Below are positions 46,830-56,261 of a stretch of 64,000 nucleotides of DNA, in pieces. The notes under the pieces are model-generated. The model saw only the letters and a list, made by a program, of their open reading frames with translations, had not been told where the DNA came from and did no database searches. The position numbers and the translations under genes were made by a program. Positions within the stretch are counted from its first letter, which is position 1; every line of letters begins with the position of its first letter. This DNA is from PVC group bacterium (lineage in GTDB: Bacteria; Omnitrophota; Gorgyraeia; B26-G9), in NCBI GenBank assembly GCA_024231215.1, contig JAAEQR010000072.1, positions 641,210 to 705,209 on the forward strand, written 5' to 3'.

Positions 46830-47786
46830 ATGAGTAATGAATATCCATCAATGGTTAGAGTGATTGAAGCAACAAGTGATTTATATGCAGAACCTCGCAT
46901 TGAATCATCCATTATAAAAACAATAGAGATCGGAGATGTTATTCATTTAGGAAAGACAATAAAAAAGAATGGAAAACAGTGGGTAGAAGCAATGTGCGGT
47001 AATGAAAAGGGATTCATCTTAGGGGACGCAATGATTTTTACGATTCAAAAGGCAAAGTTAAATCAGAAAGATGTTGATATTTATGAGAAACCATTTTCTG
47101 AATCAAAAATAAAAGGAAAATACAACAAAAGTGATGTTTTCTATCTGACGGATAAAATTACAAAAGACGGTAAAGAATGGGTAAAAGCTCGCGATCTTTC
47201 AAATAACGTGGGTTATCTTGACGGGGATACACAGATCGAGATTATTGCACCGCTTCCTGATATGAAATCTGACCTTGGTTCGTGGGGAATAGGGCTCATT
47301 GTTATAGGAATAATAAGCAATCTGATCCCTAATTTTTTAGATGCTAGATGGGGGATTATTGTTATTATTTTGGGTTGTGTTGTTCTAGCTGTTAGAAAAC
47401 GTTTTATGTATATTGTGCTTGGAATTGGATTGTTTATTGTGGGTGCGATGAATCTTTTATCGGGTAATCCCGGCGGGTGGACTGTTTTTGGTTTTTTTCA
47501 GCTCTATTGGGGGTTTCAGGAAATACAAAAATTTTGGAAATACAAAAAACTTGAAGAAAAAGGTGTTGAAGACAAAGATATTTTATTAAATATAGAGCAA
47601 GATAAAACAGAGATAGAAGATCTTATTTGCAATGAAACAGTTGAAGTAGAAGGCAGTATTTCCAAAGAAAAACTTCCGGTTGAAGTAATAGACGGAATCT
47701 GGTCTTGCCCTGGATGCGGAGTGAGAAGCCGGGCAGATTGTGAGATTTGTGATGAATGTGGGCAGTCGGTAGAATTAGAGGTATAA
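46830..47786 (+). CDS. Hypothetical protein: two SH3b-like repeats, about 4 TM helices, C-terminal Zn ribbon
   Basis: Repeats LYAEP..S.I...GKQWV...GFI and IYEKP..S.I...GKEWV...GYL; WSCPGCG...CDECG; SD AGGAGG just after the attC. Confidence 0.65.
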   Translation: MSNEYPSMVRVIEATSDLYAEPRIESSIIKTIEIGDVIHLGKTIKKNGKQWVEAMCGNEKGFILGDAMIFTIQKAKLNQKDVDIYEKPFSESKIKGKYNKSDVFYLTDKITKDGKEWVKARDLSNNVGYLDGDTQIEIIAPLPDMKSDLGSWGIGLIVIGIISNLIPNFLDARWGIIVIILGCVVLAVRKRFMYIVLGIGLFIVGAMNLLSGNPGGWTVFGFFQLYWGFQEIQKFWKYKKLEEKGVEDKDILLNIEQDKTEIEDLICNETVEVEGSISKEKLPVEVIDGIWSCPGCGVRSRADCEICDECGQSVELEV

Positions 47787-47795
47787 GAGGAGAAT

Positions 47796-48233
47796 ATGAG
47801 GAATTATAGCTTGAATGTTTTTAGAAATAGTTATATTGCTTTATTGCTTTTATTGCTTTTTCCCTCAAAAGCGTTTGCTTGCATTACATGTATTTTTAAG
47901 ATGTTAGATGCAGTTGTTCCTTTTTATAAAAATTGGATGCTAGTATTCTTTGTGTGGCTTGTTGTTTTTCTGACAATAAAGATATTCACAAAGCAATTCA
48001 CGAAAAAAATATTTTTTAATTATTTAAAGGGAATATTGCTTTTATTTGTGAGTATTGCTTTTCATCCGCTTTTTCCCATATATCTAATCACTTTATTTGT
48101 TTTATGGGTGAGAAGTTATTCTAAGTGTTATAAAAGAGTGAAAATAAACGAGCTTTTAATAGATGATAAAGCCTTTTTAATGGTCAATCATATAACTGTC
48201 GTGGCGTTGATAATAGCTGCTTTCCTAAGATAA
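47796..48233 (+). CDS. Hypothetical membrane protein, possibly 3' truncated
   Basis: SD GAGGAG; AFA-CITC signal-like start, 3-4 TM, ends immediately after a hydrophobic stretch. Confidence 0.6.
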   Translation: MRNYSLNVFRNSYIALLLLLLFPSKAFACITCIFKMLDAVVPFYKNWMLVFFVWLVVFLTIKIFTKQFTKKIFFNYLKGILLLFVSIAFHPLFPIYLITLFVLWVRSYSKCYKRVKINELLIDDKAFLMVNHITVVALIIAAFLR

Positions 48234-48275
48234 CTTGTTGAAAAATTCCCAAAATCGTGTAAAATAGTTTATATT

Positions 48276-49769
48276 ATGAAACATAAGACACTTACAATCG
48301 TTTTTGCTGATGTTCAGGGGTTTACCAGCCGTACCGGCCGGCAGACGCGTGAGCAAAACGAATTATTTCTCAAAGAAATTTCGTCGTTCGTCAAGAAACA
48401 CGTCAAGAATAAAGGCGGGGTTCTGGTTAAGACAATGGGCGACGGATTCCTGATCACTTTTGACTCTCCGACAGATGCAGTTGCCTGCGGACAGCAGATG
48501 CAGAAGGAAATAGAACTGCGCAATGCTAATATCATGGATCAGGATAAGTTTATAAAATTCCATATCGGCATATGCACTGGTGAGGTTACGGTTGATGATA
48601 ATAAGGATGTGCATGGTGATGCTGTAAACATTGCCGCACGGATTGAAAGTTTTGCCGGGCCTAATGACGTTTATATCGGAGAAGCTACTTATCTGGCGAT
48701 GAACAAGTCTGAAATAAATGCTTTGGACTTGGGCCCGCAAAGGTTCAAAAATGTTGTTCAGGAAGTAAGAGTATATAAAGTAACTGATGGGAAAACAGAT
48801 TTTAAGGATTTAGCTCCGAAAAAATCAAGGAATAAAACTGCTTTAATCGCTGGAATTGTTATTGTTGTTGGTATAATAATTCTTTCATTTTTTCTCTCTA
48901 GAAAACCGGAACAGATTGCGGAGGTGCGATTACCAGCTGATAATCGCCAAAACGACGACTCGTTGCAGCGACAGAAACTTGATAGACTTATGGAGTTTGT
49001 GGATAGTTATGAACGTAACGAAGAATATTCAGAAGCTATACAAGTTCTGGGCCAGTATATTACCAAAGAGACAGATAAAGATCTAAAAGAGCTGGCGTTA
49101 TTAAGGCTTAAGGGCTTAGAACGTCGTATAGAAGAACGAAAGCGTCGTGAGGAAGAAGAACAGCAACAACGGGAAGATGAGCAGCAGCAACAGAAAGAGG
49201 ACGAACGTCGGGCAGAAGAATTAAGACAGCGGGAAGAAGAATTGGAGCGCCGGACAGAGATAGGACGGCAGGCAGAAGAAGACCGTCGAAACGAAGAGCT
49301 GGAGCGCCGGGACGAAGAGTTAAGACGTCGTGAAGAAGAGTTGGAGCGCCGGGCGGCAGAAAACAGGAATTCCTCAGGGGGGATGTCTCAGAATCAGAGT
49401 AACAATAGATCTGGACAGCAAAAAGAAAATCCAAGGCAGCTTTTGCAGTCTGGTAAATATGATGAAGTTATTGATCTTGTTAAGGAAAGACTTAAGAGAA
49501 ACCCCAATAATCCCCAGCTATATATATTAGCCGGACAGGCGTATTTTAAAAAACAACAATATTCTCAGGCAGAACAATACTTTCAGGATGCAGTTGATCT
49601 TAACCCTAATAATCCAATTGTTTATCAGGGATTAGCTTCAGTCTATGAACAGTCCGGCGAAATACAAGATGCGATTAGTATGCTTAGGAAATTGATAGAT
49701 ATAGAGCCGAGTGAGCATCGCAGAGAGAAAGCCCGTCAACAAATAGAGCGACTAGAACGCCGCCTCTAA
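48276..49769 (+). CDS. Class III adenylate cyclase domain - TM - E/R-rich helix - TPR protein
   Basis: FADVQGFT, VKTMGDGF, GICTG, DVHGDAVNIAARIE; single TM; charged repeat region; about 3 TPRs. Confidence 0.88.
   Translation: MKHKTLTIVFADVQGFTSRTGRQTREQNELFLKEISSFVKKHVKNKGGVLVKTMGDGFLITFDSPTDAVACGQQMQKEIELRNANIMDQDKFIKFHIGICTGEVTVDDNKDVHGDAVNIAARIESFAGPNDVYIGEATYLAMNKSEINALDLGPQRFKNVVQEVRVYKVTDGKTDFKDLAPKKSRNKTALIAGIVIVVGIIILSFFLSRKPEQIAEVRLPADNRQNDDSLQRQKLDRLMEFVDSYERNEEYSEAIQVLGQYITKETDKDLKELALLRLKGLERRIEERKRREEEEQQQREDEQQQQKEDERRAEELRQREEELERRTEIGRQAEEDRRNEELERRDEELRRREEELERRAAENRNSSGGMSQNQSNNRSGQQKENPRQLLQSGKYDEVIDLVKERLKRNPNNPQLYILAGQAYFKKQQYSQAEQYFQDAVDLNPNNPIVYQGLASVYEQSGEIQDAISMLRKLIDIEPSEHRREKARQQIERLERRL
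49140..49360 (+). repeat. Intragenic 21-bp/7-aa imperfect repeats
   Basis: GAAGARYTGGAGCGCCGG three times plus GAAGARTTAAGAC twice, encoding EELERR/EELR(Q/R)R. Confidence 0.75.
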
Positions 49770-49785
49770 TTCTGCAACAGTCACA

Positions 49786-52700
49786 TTATTGCTGAAGAAC
49801 TGTTTCTCCGGGGCGTATTATATTTCCATTAATGTCGGGGTAGGCTTGTATTGCTATTTCGGGCTCATCAAAGTTTGTTATGAAATCTTCTTCGTTCAGG
49901 CCTAATATGAATGCCAGTTTTTTTCTATCTTTATGTAGTGGAGCCCAGTACTTATCGGATAATATCCATTTTTTTGCACTTTCTCCAAAAGTTTCATGTT
50001 TTACCATTAATCCATAGGCTTCTGTTTCCTGGGAAGATTGAATAAGCGCCAGAGCTTCTAGCGCTACGTTTATGTCAGTGATATATTTCTTAGCAGCCTG
50101 TTCTATTTGGATATTTTCTAAGAGACTATTGATTTTCTCTACAGCTTGTAAGGTTAATTCGGGATGGCCTGAATATGCAGCGAAAAGAGCATATCTTATG
50201 AGGGGATAAAACATCTTATCTCCTTTATCGTCAATTTGTTTTTCCTGATCGTGAGCTTTTAGGCAGAGATCACCAATGCATAGTAGCGGCATACCTGCTT
50301 TTATTATTCTATTGAGTTCATCTGGGTCAAATAGCTGCATTGCATATTTGTTAGATATTTCGCTAAACAATTCAAATGCTTCTTTTTTAAATCCAACATC
50401 ACAAAGCTGAAATGCTTTTAGGATTTTTGTTGTAGCATCAAATGCTTCGTCTAATGTTTTCACATCAATATTAATATCAAACGGTAAAGCTGCTACTCTT
50501 AATTCTTTTTCAATTTTACCAGTAATATAAATGCTTCTTCCGTCTGGGGCAAAGGAAAGCATTGTTATCTCATTAAATTTAGATGATTTTCGGAATATAT
50601 GAGCTATTTTCGCGTCCTTTTTTAACCAAATATCATAGCGTCCATTTTTATGAGAAGTCACAAAATAATTTCCATCAGGGTGGAAGGCTGCTTTGCTTGC
50701 ATTGCCCATATTGTCGAAGATAACTTTTTTATTTTCAATGTCCCACATTTCCAGGTCACGTTTATCGTACCCAAATAGAAGTGCCAGATTATCTGTAGGG
50801 CTAAAGCATAGCTCTGGAACGCTGTTTGTTTTTTCTTTGAATCTGTAAAAATTAGAGGCATCTTCAGAGTCAATTAACATGCGTATTTCTTTAGCCATGT
50901 CCATGCCATTATTTGTTCCCGAATAATCATGAAGCACAAAAGTTAAATAGTTGTTGTCATTATGAACGTCAAGTGACATATAGTTGTAATCCTTGCCTTG
51001 CCGGCCTTCATAGATTGTTTTTATAATGCTTCCGGACTCTATTTTAAATAGCCGGATAGTATTATCTTCAGTTTCTGGATTAAAATCAGAGATGAATAAA
51101 TGTTTATTGTCTTTTGCAAAGTGAATTCCGCCCAAGTTGATTTCTCCGTTGGCATTTAATAGACGGTGTTTGATGTATCCAGAGGGTATTGCTATTATTT
51201 CTATCCATTGATAATCTTTTTTTAATCCGGCGATAAGGTTGCCGTCAGGACTCATTGACACAGTATATGATTGAATGTCTTGACCAATTCTATTGATTAA
51301 TTCTCCTGTTTGAGCGTCCCAGATAAAGATAACTCCTTTTGATTTTTGCTCGTTTCTGACGGCAAGTTCTTTTTTGCTGTCGCCTGTCTCAAAAATGGCA
51401 GATGTGACAATGTATTTTCCGTCTGGGGTGACTTCGAAAAAAGCAAAATTATCAAAGGGAAGGGCATCATTGAATAAGTATAATTCAGGTATGCCGCGAA
51501 TTTTTTTAGCTGCTATTTCTCTATTTATTGTTTTTATGTAATTTTTTGCGTCTTTATCTCCGGCACTTTTGGCTTTATTGAGCCACTTTAAAGCTTTGTC
51601 GTAGTCTTTTGGTACGCCTAGTCCTTGTTGATACATATACCCTAAGTGTTTCATGGGAACGGAACTTGGATTGTCCTGGCGGGCAGCTTTTTTAAACCAT
51701 TTCAAGGCTTCTGCATAGTCATGGTCAGCGTCTTTACCTTCTAAAAGCAGCTGCCCTAATAAAATTTGTGAATTTGCATCACCTAGTTTCGCAGCCATTC
51801 TTAATTGTTCAATATTTTTTGCGGCATAATCTTTGGCTAGATTATAATCTTTGTTTTCTCGAGCTTCTAATGATTTTTGATTAAACTCTTTGCTTTTTTT
51901 GATATAATTTTTTGCGTATTCAAGACATTTTTTCTTTGCTTTCTTGTGCTCCATCTTAGCAGACATTGCGAATAATTCTTCTGCTTTTCCAATGTCTTTT
52001 TTTACGCCTTTACCTTTTTCATATAATAATGCAAGGTTATAAATACCGCGTTTATTTTCAAGTTCCAATGCTTTTTTGTATAAATCAGCAGCTTTTTTGA
52101 GATCTTTTTCTACGCCTTTGCCGTTTTCGTATAAAGACCCTAATTTATTTACGCAAGTACCATGTTCCAATTCTGCTCCGAGAGTATACCACTTTACAGC
52201 TTTATTGATATTTTCTTTTGTTCCTTTGCCATGTTCATAAAGATATGCTAGCCATTTTATGCTTGATCGTAAATTCTGTTCTGCAGATTTTTTATACCAG
52301 ACAAACGCTTGTTTTTCATTTTTTTTCACAAAGGTACCTTTATAATAAAACTCTGCAAGTTCGGCTTGACTAACAGCATTACCTCTTGCTGCAGACTGTT
52401 TAATTAATTTTAATAATTGCTTTTCCTTTTTAAGATTGGCAGTTTTAGATTGATATAACTTAGCGAGAGAGAATTGTGCATATGTATCCCGTTTTTTAGA
52501 TTGTTTCAATAAGCCATCTAATGCTTTGTCATATAATTCTTTTGCTTTTTCTTTATCCTTTTTTACTCCTTGCCCATAATCATATGCTTCGGCAAGATTG
52601 AAATATCCGAGAGGGGAGTCTTGTTCGACAGCTTGTTTGATCCATTTTAGTCCTTGATCATGATTTTTTTTATGGAAGTAACCGCATCTGAGGGAGGCCC

Positions 52701-52866
52701 CGAAGAGAGCTTGATAATAAGCATCACCTTCCTCGGCTTTTTGTCCCCACATTTCCGGTAATATTTTTGTTGTTTTTGCGGCTGTTATTTCTGTAGGAAT
52801 AAAGATGTGAAGGGTTAAGATTATAATGATAAGTATTCTGGAATAAGTTAGAAATTTGTTCCCCAT
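49786..52866 (-). CDS. Secreted Sel1-like repeat + WD40/YVTN beta-propeller protein
   Basis: Signal peptide; multiple LG.LY..GKGV.KD Sel1 repeats; TPDGK/SPDGN/HPDGN/APDGR propeller blades; helical C-terminus. Confidence 0.85.
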   Translation of the reverse strand: MGNKFLTYSRILIIIILTLHIFIPTEITAAKTTKILPEMWGQKAEEGDAYYQALFGASLRCGYFHKKNHDQGLKWIKQAVEQDSPLGYFNLAEAYDYGQGVKKDKEKAKELYDKALDGLLKQSKKRDTYAQFSLAKLYQSKTANLKKEKQLLKLIKQSAARGNAVSQAELAEFYYKGTFVKKNEKQAFVWYKKSAEQNLRSSIKWLAYLYEHGKGTKENINKAVKWYTLGAELEHGTCVNKLGSLYENGKGVEKDLKKAADLYKKALELENKRGIYNLALLYEKGKGVKKDIGKAEELFAMSAKMEHKKAKKKCLEYAKNYIKKSKEFNQKSLEARENKDYNLAKDYAAKNIEQLRMAAKLGDANSQILLGQLLLEGKDADHDYAEALKWFKKAARQDNPSSVPMKHLGYMYQQGLGVPKDYDKALKWLNKAKSAGDKDAKNYIKTINREIAAKKIRGIPELYLFNDALPFDNFAFFEVTPDGKYIVTSAIFETGDSKKELAVRNEQKSKGVIFIWDAQTGELINRIGQDIQSYTVSMSPDGNLIAGLKKDYQWIEIIAIPSGYIKHRLLNANGEINLGGIHFAKDNKHLFISDFNPETEDNTIRLFKIESGSIIKTIYEGRQGKDYNYMSLDVHNDNNYLTFVLHDYSGTNNGMDMAKEIRMLIDSEDASNFYRFKEKTNSVPELCFSPTDNLALLFGYDKRDLEMWDIENKKVIFDNMGNASKAAFHPDGNYFVTSHKNGRYDIWLKKDAKIAHIFRKSSKFNEITMLSFAPDGRSIYITGKIEKELRVAALPFDINIDVKTLDEAFDATTKILKAFQLCDVGFKKEAFELFSEISNKYAMQLFDPDELNRIIKAGMPLLCIGDLCLKAHDQEKQIDDKGDKMFYPLIRYALFAAYSGHPELTLQAVEKINSLLENIQIEQAAKKYITDINVALEALALIQSSQETEAYGLMVKHETFGESAKKWILSDKYWAPLHKDRKKLAFILGLNEEDFITNFDEPEIAIQAYPDINGNIIRPGETVLQQ

Positions 52867-53147
52867 AGATATGTACTCCTTCCCGTTTAAGATTTAAGGT
52901 TATTATATAAATACTATAAGATTAAATCAAGAATAAGTTGTAATTAGAAATTAATTTAGGAATATAATCAAGTTTGACAATAAACAAATTAGATGGCATT
53001 ATATGATTTATAGGAACTTTAAATGGTTTTAATTAGTTTTAATATAGTATTGTACGGTATTGTGTAGTATAAATGGTTTTGAGTGTCCCCACATTTTTAT
53101 ATGGATTTTATGAAATTATTAATTTATAATAAGTAGAGGTGGGTATT

Positions 53148-53510
53148 ATGAGTAAAAAAGTTTTAGTTATAGATGATGAACCAGCCATGTTGGAGGTGCT
53201 TAAGCAGCATTTAAAACGAGATGGTTATGATCCAATTACTGCCTCTAACGGAGAGAATGGGCTACAGAAAGTAAAAACAGAACAGCCTGATTTAATCATT
53301 CTGGATATTATGATGCCGCGGTTGGATGGATATACTTTTGTTCAGAAAGTAAAATATAACAATGCAATTACTCCTATTCCCATTATAGTTCTCACAGGAA
53401 TGGAAATGTTTAAATCTGTGTTTGAGTTTGAAGGAGTGAAGGAATATCTTCTAAAACCATTTAAATTGAAAGAATTGAGTGAAAAAATAAATAAGCATAT
53501 CAGACATTAA
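53148..53510 (+). CDS. Single-domain response regulator (CheY-like)
   Basis: VLVIDDE, LDIMMP (phospho-Asp), VLTG, KPF. Confidence 0.93.
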   Translation: MSKKVLVIDDEPAMLEVLKQHLKRDGYDPITASNGENGLQKVKTEQPDLIILDIMMPRLDGYTFVQKVKYNNAITPIPIIVLTGMEMFKSVFEFEGVKEYLLKPFKLKELSEKINKHIRH

Positions 53511-53541
53511 GAGTAATTGAGACATTAATAATTGTTTTTAG

Positions 53542-53564
53542 AGCCGACAAAAGTCGGTTTTTTT
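53542..53564 (+). terminator. Intrinsic terminator
   Basis: AGCCGAC-aaaa-GTCGGTT followed by a T run. Confidence 0.8.
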
Positions 53565-53642
53565 GTTGTAGAGAAGGTCTTAAATTTTTCTTGATTTGTA
53601 ACGGTGTATCTGATATATTATTTTATAGATATGTAGATAATA

Positions 53643-53803
53643 ATTTTCCCTGCCATGCTCGTGAGCACTTGGTAATTATGAGCCATTAACGCTTAAAAGG
53701 GAACCTAACTTCAGGCTGTCTTAGGGCGGTTTGAGAGGGTGCCCACCTGGATGAAACCGGGTTCAATAATTCTCAGGTGTTTACGGCAGTGAGCGGGGAA
53801 TTT
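53643..53803 (+). ncRNA. ssrS: 6S RNA
   Basis: About 160 nt rod: TTCCC(T)GC / GCGGGGAA closing stem, CGTGAGCACTTGG / TCAGGTGTTTACG, TGAGCC / GGTTCA, central bubble with AAAGGGAACC...GGTGCCCACCTGG; upstream TTGATT-17-TATATT; upstream of rarA. Confidence 0.8.
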
Positions 53804-53808
53804 TTTTC

Positions 53809-53849
53809 CCGCCATGTTGTGTGGCGGATAAATCCCGCCAAGGCGGGAT
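53809..53849. repeat. Two GC-rich REP-like hairpins
   Basis: CCGCCA-tgttgtg-TGGCGG and ATCCCGCC-aa-GGCGGGAT sharing a CCGCC/GGCGG core. Confidence 0.6.
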
Positions 53850-53868
53850 AAAATAAAAGGCAGTTATT

Positions 53869-55200
53869 ATGAGTGGCAAGACCGATCTTTTTAACTCTAA
53901 AAATACAGCTGAATCTGAAACAAAAGGAAAAGATGTTCCGCTTTCTTTAAGGATGCGTCCCCGGACTTTAGGGGAATTTCTCGGGCAAAGACATATCCTT
54001 GGTGAGGGGAAGCTGTTGCGTCGTCTAATAGATTCTGATCGTATTAATTCTCTTATTCTCTACGGTCCTCCAGGCACGGGTAAAAGTGCGCTTGCTTTTA
54101 TCGTCAGTGGCATTACTAATTCAGTATTTGAATATATAAATGCTACGTTGTCCGGGGTAAGTGAACTTAAAAAGGTAACCCAGCAAGCTAAAATAAGAAA
54201 GCAGACAAATAATAAGCGAACTATTCTGTTTATTGACGAAATACATCGTTTTAATAAAGCGCAGCAGGATGTACTTCTGAATGACGTGGAGTTGGGAAAT
54301 GTAATCATCATTGGGGCAACAACCCATAATCCATTTTTTTATATTAACCCGGCTTTGATTTCCCGGTCTCAGGTTTTTGAGTTCAAGACACATTCTGAAG
54401 CTGATTTAATGTGTCTTCTTAAAAATGCGATAAATGATAAAGAACGTGGTTTGGGTAATATGCCTGTTGTGGCTGAAGAAGAGGCTTTGCGGTTTTTATC
54501 TAAGGTAAGTGATGGTGATGCGCGCCGTGTACTTAATGCTTTAGAGGTAGGGGTATTGACTACTCCTGAGGGGAAAGATGGAAAGATTTATTTTACACAA
54601 GAGGTAGCGCAGGAATCAATTCAGAAGAAAATTGTCCGATATGACCGTGATGGAGATGATCACTACGATACAATATCTGCGTTTATTAAAAGTATGAGAG
54701 GAACTGATCCAGATGCAGCTTTGTATTGGCTGGCAAAAATGTTATATGCAGGAGAAGATCCTCGCTTTATTGCCCGCAGAATAGTGATTTGTGCAGCAGA
54801 AGATGTTGGTAATGCTGATCCACAGGCACTTATTTTAGCAAATGCGGCATTTCAGTCGGTAGAATATCTTGGCATGCCGGAAGCACGCATTCCGCTTGCC
54901 CAAGCTACAGTGTATATTGCCTGTGCTCCGAAAAGCAATGCGGCGTATGCGGCGTTAGAAACAGCAACTCAGGATGTAAGTCGTGAGGTTACAGAAGAAG
55001 TACCACAACATTTAAAAGATAAATCTTATAAAGGGGCAAAACAATTGCAGCATGGTCAGGGGTATCAATATTCACATGATTTTAAGAATCACTATGTGGA
55101 ACAAAAATATACGCATAAATCAAAAAAATATTATCAGCCTACACTGATGGGCTATGAAAAGAAGATAAGAGAATGGCTGTCTCAGTTAAAGAAAGAATAA
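53869..55200 (+). CDS. rarA: Replication-associated recombination protein A
   Basis: PLSLRMRP, GPPGTGKS, FIDEIHRFNKAQQD, ISAFIKSMRGTDPDA, EDVGNADP. Confidence 0.97.
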   Translation: MSGKTDLFNSKNTAESETKGKDVPLSLRMRPRTLGEFLGQRHILGEGKLLRRLIDSDRINSLILYGPPGTGKSALAFIVSGITNSVFEYINATLSGVSELKKVTQQAKIRKQTNNKRTILFIDEIHRFNKAQQDVLLNDVELGNVIIIGATTHNPFFYINPALISRSQVFEFKTHSEADLMCLLKNAINDKERGLGNMPVVAEEEALRFLSKVSDGDARRVLNALEVGVLTTPEGKDGKIYFTQEVAQESIQKKIVRYDRDGDDHYDTISAFIKSMRGTDPDAALYWLAKMLYAGEDPRFIARRIVICAAEDVGNADPQALILANAAFQSVEYLGMPEARIPLAQATVYIACAPKSNAAYAALETATQDVSREVTEEVPQHLKDKSYKGAKQLQHGQGYQYSHDFKNHYVEQKYTHKSKKYYQPTLMGYEKKIREWLSQLKKE

Positions 55201-56261
55201 AAAAATATTTATTAGCAGTTAATGCCTCCACAGAAAAAGATTTAAAAGGAACTCTGGTAAGGGGATTCCTTTTTGTGCTTTCGTGTGTATATGGAATTGT
55301 TCTTAAATTGAGGTTGTTTTTTTATAAGCGTGGAATATTTGGGACAAAACGCTTTAAGGCAAAAGTAATTAGTGTAGGCAATATAACAGTAGGTGGAACA
55401 GGTAAAACACCTTTGGCAGCAACAATTGTTGCTTATTTATTATCAAAAGAGTGTAAGCCGGCAGTAGTTACGCGTGGATATACTCCTGAGCAGGCAGGGG
55501 TGGGGAAAAAACCAGATGAACCGTTAATGCTTAAAAAAGAATTTCCCGAGGTTCCGATAATAATTTCTCCGGATAGAGTTTCCGGGATTAGGGAAGCTGA
55601 AAAAAAACATAACGCTGGATGTGTAGTTCTTGATGATGCTTTCGGAAATCTTAAAGTTTTTAAAGATTTAAATATTGTTTGTATTGATTGTACTAATCCG
55701 TTTGGGAATGAAATGGTTTTGCCGCGGGGGATAATGCGTCTTCCGTTTATTTATTTAAAGCAAGCAGATGTATTTGTATTGACCAATGCTGATTTTAATA
55801 AATTAGCTGTGCCGGAAATTGCAAAAAAACTGCAAATATTTAATGAAGAAGCGATGATTTGCCAGGGGGTTCATGCTCCTCAATATTTCTATGACTTAAG
55901 AAAAGGTGACAAAAAGGAATTAGCTAGCATTAAGGGGAAGCGAACAGCTTTATTATCCGGGCTGGGGAATCCGGATAATTTTACTCGTACTGTGGGAAAA
56001 TGCGGGGCAGAAGTTGTTGTTAAACTTAGATATCCGGACCATTATAAATATACAGCTGAGGATATTGATAAATGTATTCAGATATGCCGGGATCAAAAGG
56101 TTGAAGTTCTTGTGGTTACGGCAAAGGATGAAGTGAAATTACAAGAAGCTTTTCAGAGTTGTGTTACTGAGTTTGATGTATTGGTTTTAAAAATAAAAAT
56201 GGAAATAGTTGAAAATGAAGAAAGATTCTTTACTATCTTATCTAATATATATTCCACTTAG
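55173..56261 (+). CDS. lpxK: Tetraacyldisaccharide 4'-kinase
   Basis: ISVGNITVGGTGKTP, TRGY, DEP, LDDAF, YPDHY. Confidence 0.93.
   Translation: MAVSVKERIKKYLLAVNASTEKDLKGTLVRGFLFVLSCVYGIVLKLRLFFYKRGIFGTKRFKAKVISVGNITVGGTGKTPLAATIVAYLLSKECKPAVVTRGYTPEQAGVGKKPDEPLMLKKEFPEVPIIISPDRVSGIREAEKKHNAGCVVLDDAFGNLKVFKDLNIVCIDCTNPFGNEMVLPRGIMRLPFIYLKQADVFVLTNADFNKLAVPEIAKKLQIFNEEAMICQGVHAPQYFYDLRKGDKKELASIKGKRTALLSGLGNPDNFTRTVGKCGAEVVVKLRYPDHYKYTAEDIDKCIQICRDQKVEVLVVTAKDEVKLQEAFQSCVTEFDVLVLKIKMEIVENEERFFTILSNIYST

Noticed and set aside
46495-46851. Minus-strand 118-aa ORF spanning the attC
   Set aside because: Antisense to a coherent + strand cassette ORF and runs through the palindrome; no supporting features
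49140-49360. Repeated GGAGCGCCGG units as a possible CRISPR array
   Set aside because: Repeats are in frame, irregularly spaced, encode a charged helix, and no cas genes are present
52867-53147. Very AT-rich divergent intergenic region as a replication origin or ncRNA
   Set aside because: No DnaA-box cluster or stable structure seen; consistent with divergent promoters
53502-53528. 9-bp direct repeat AGACATTAA at the response regulator stop, possible target-site duplication
   Set aside because: Only 9 nt between copies, AT-rich, and no element or transposase; may be chance
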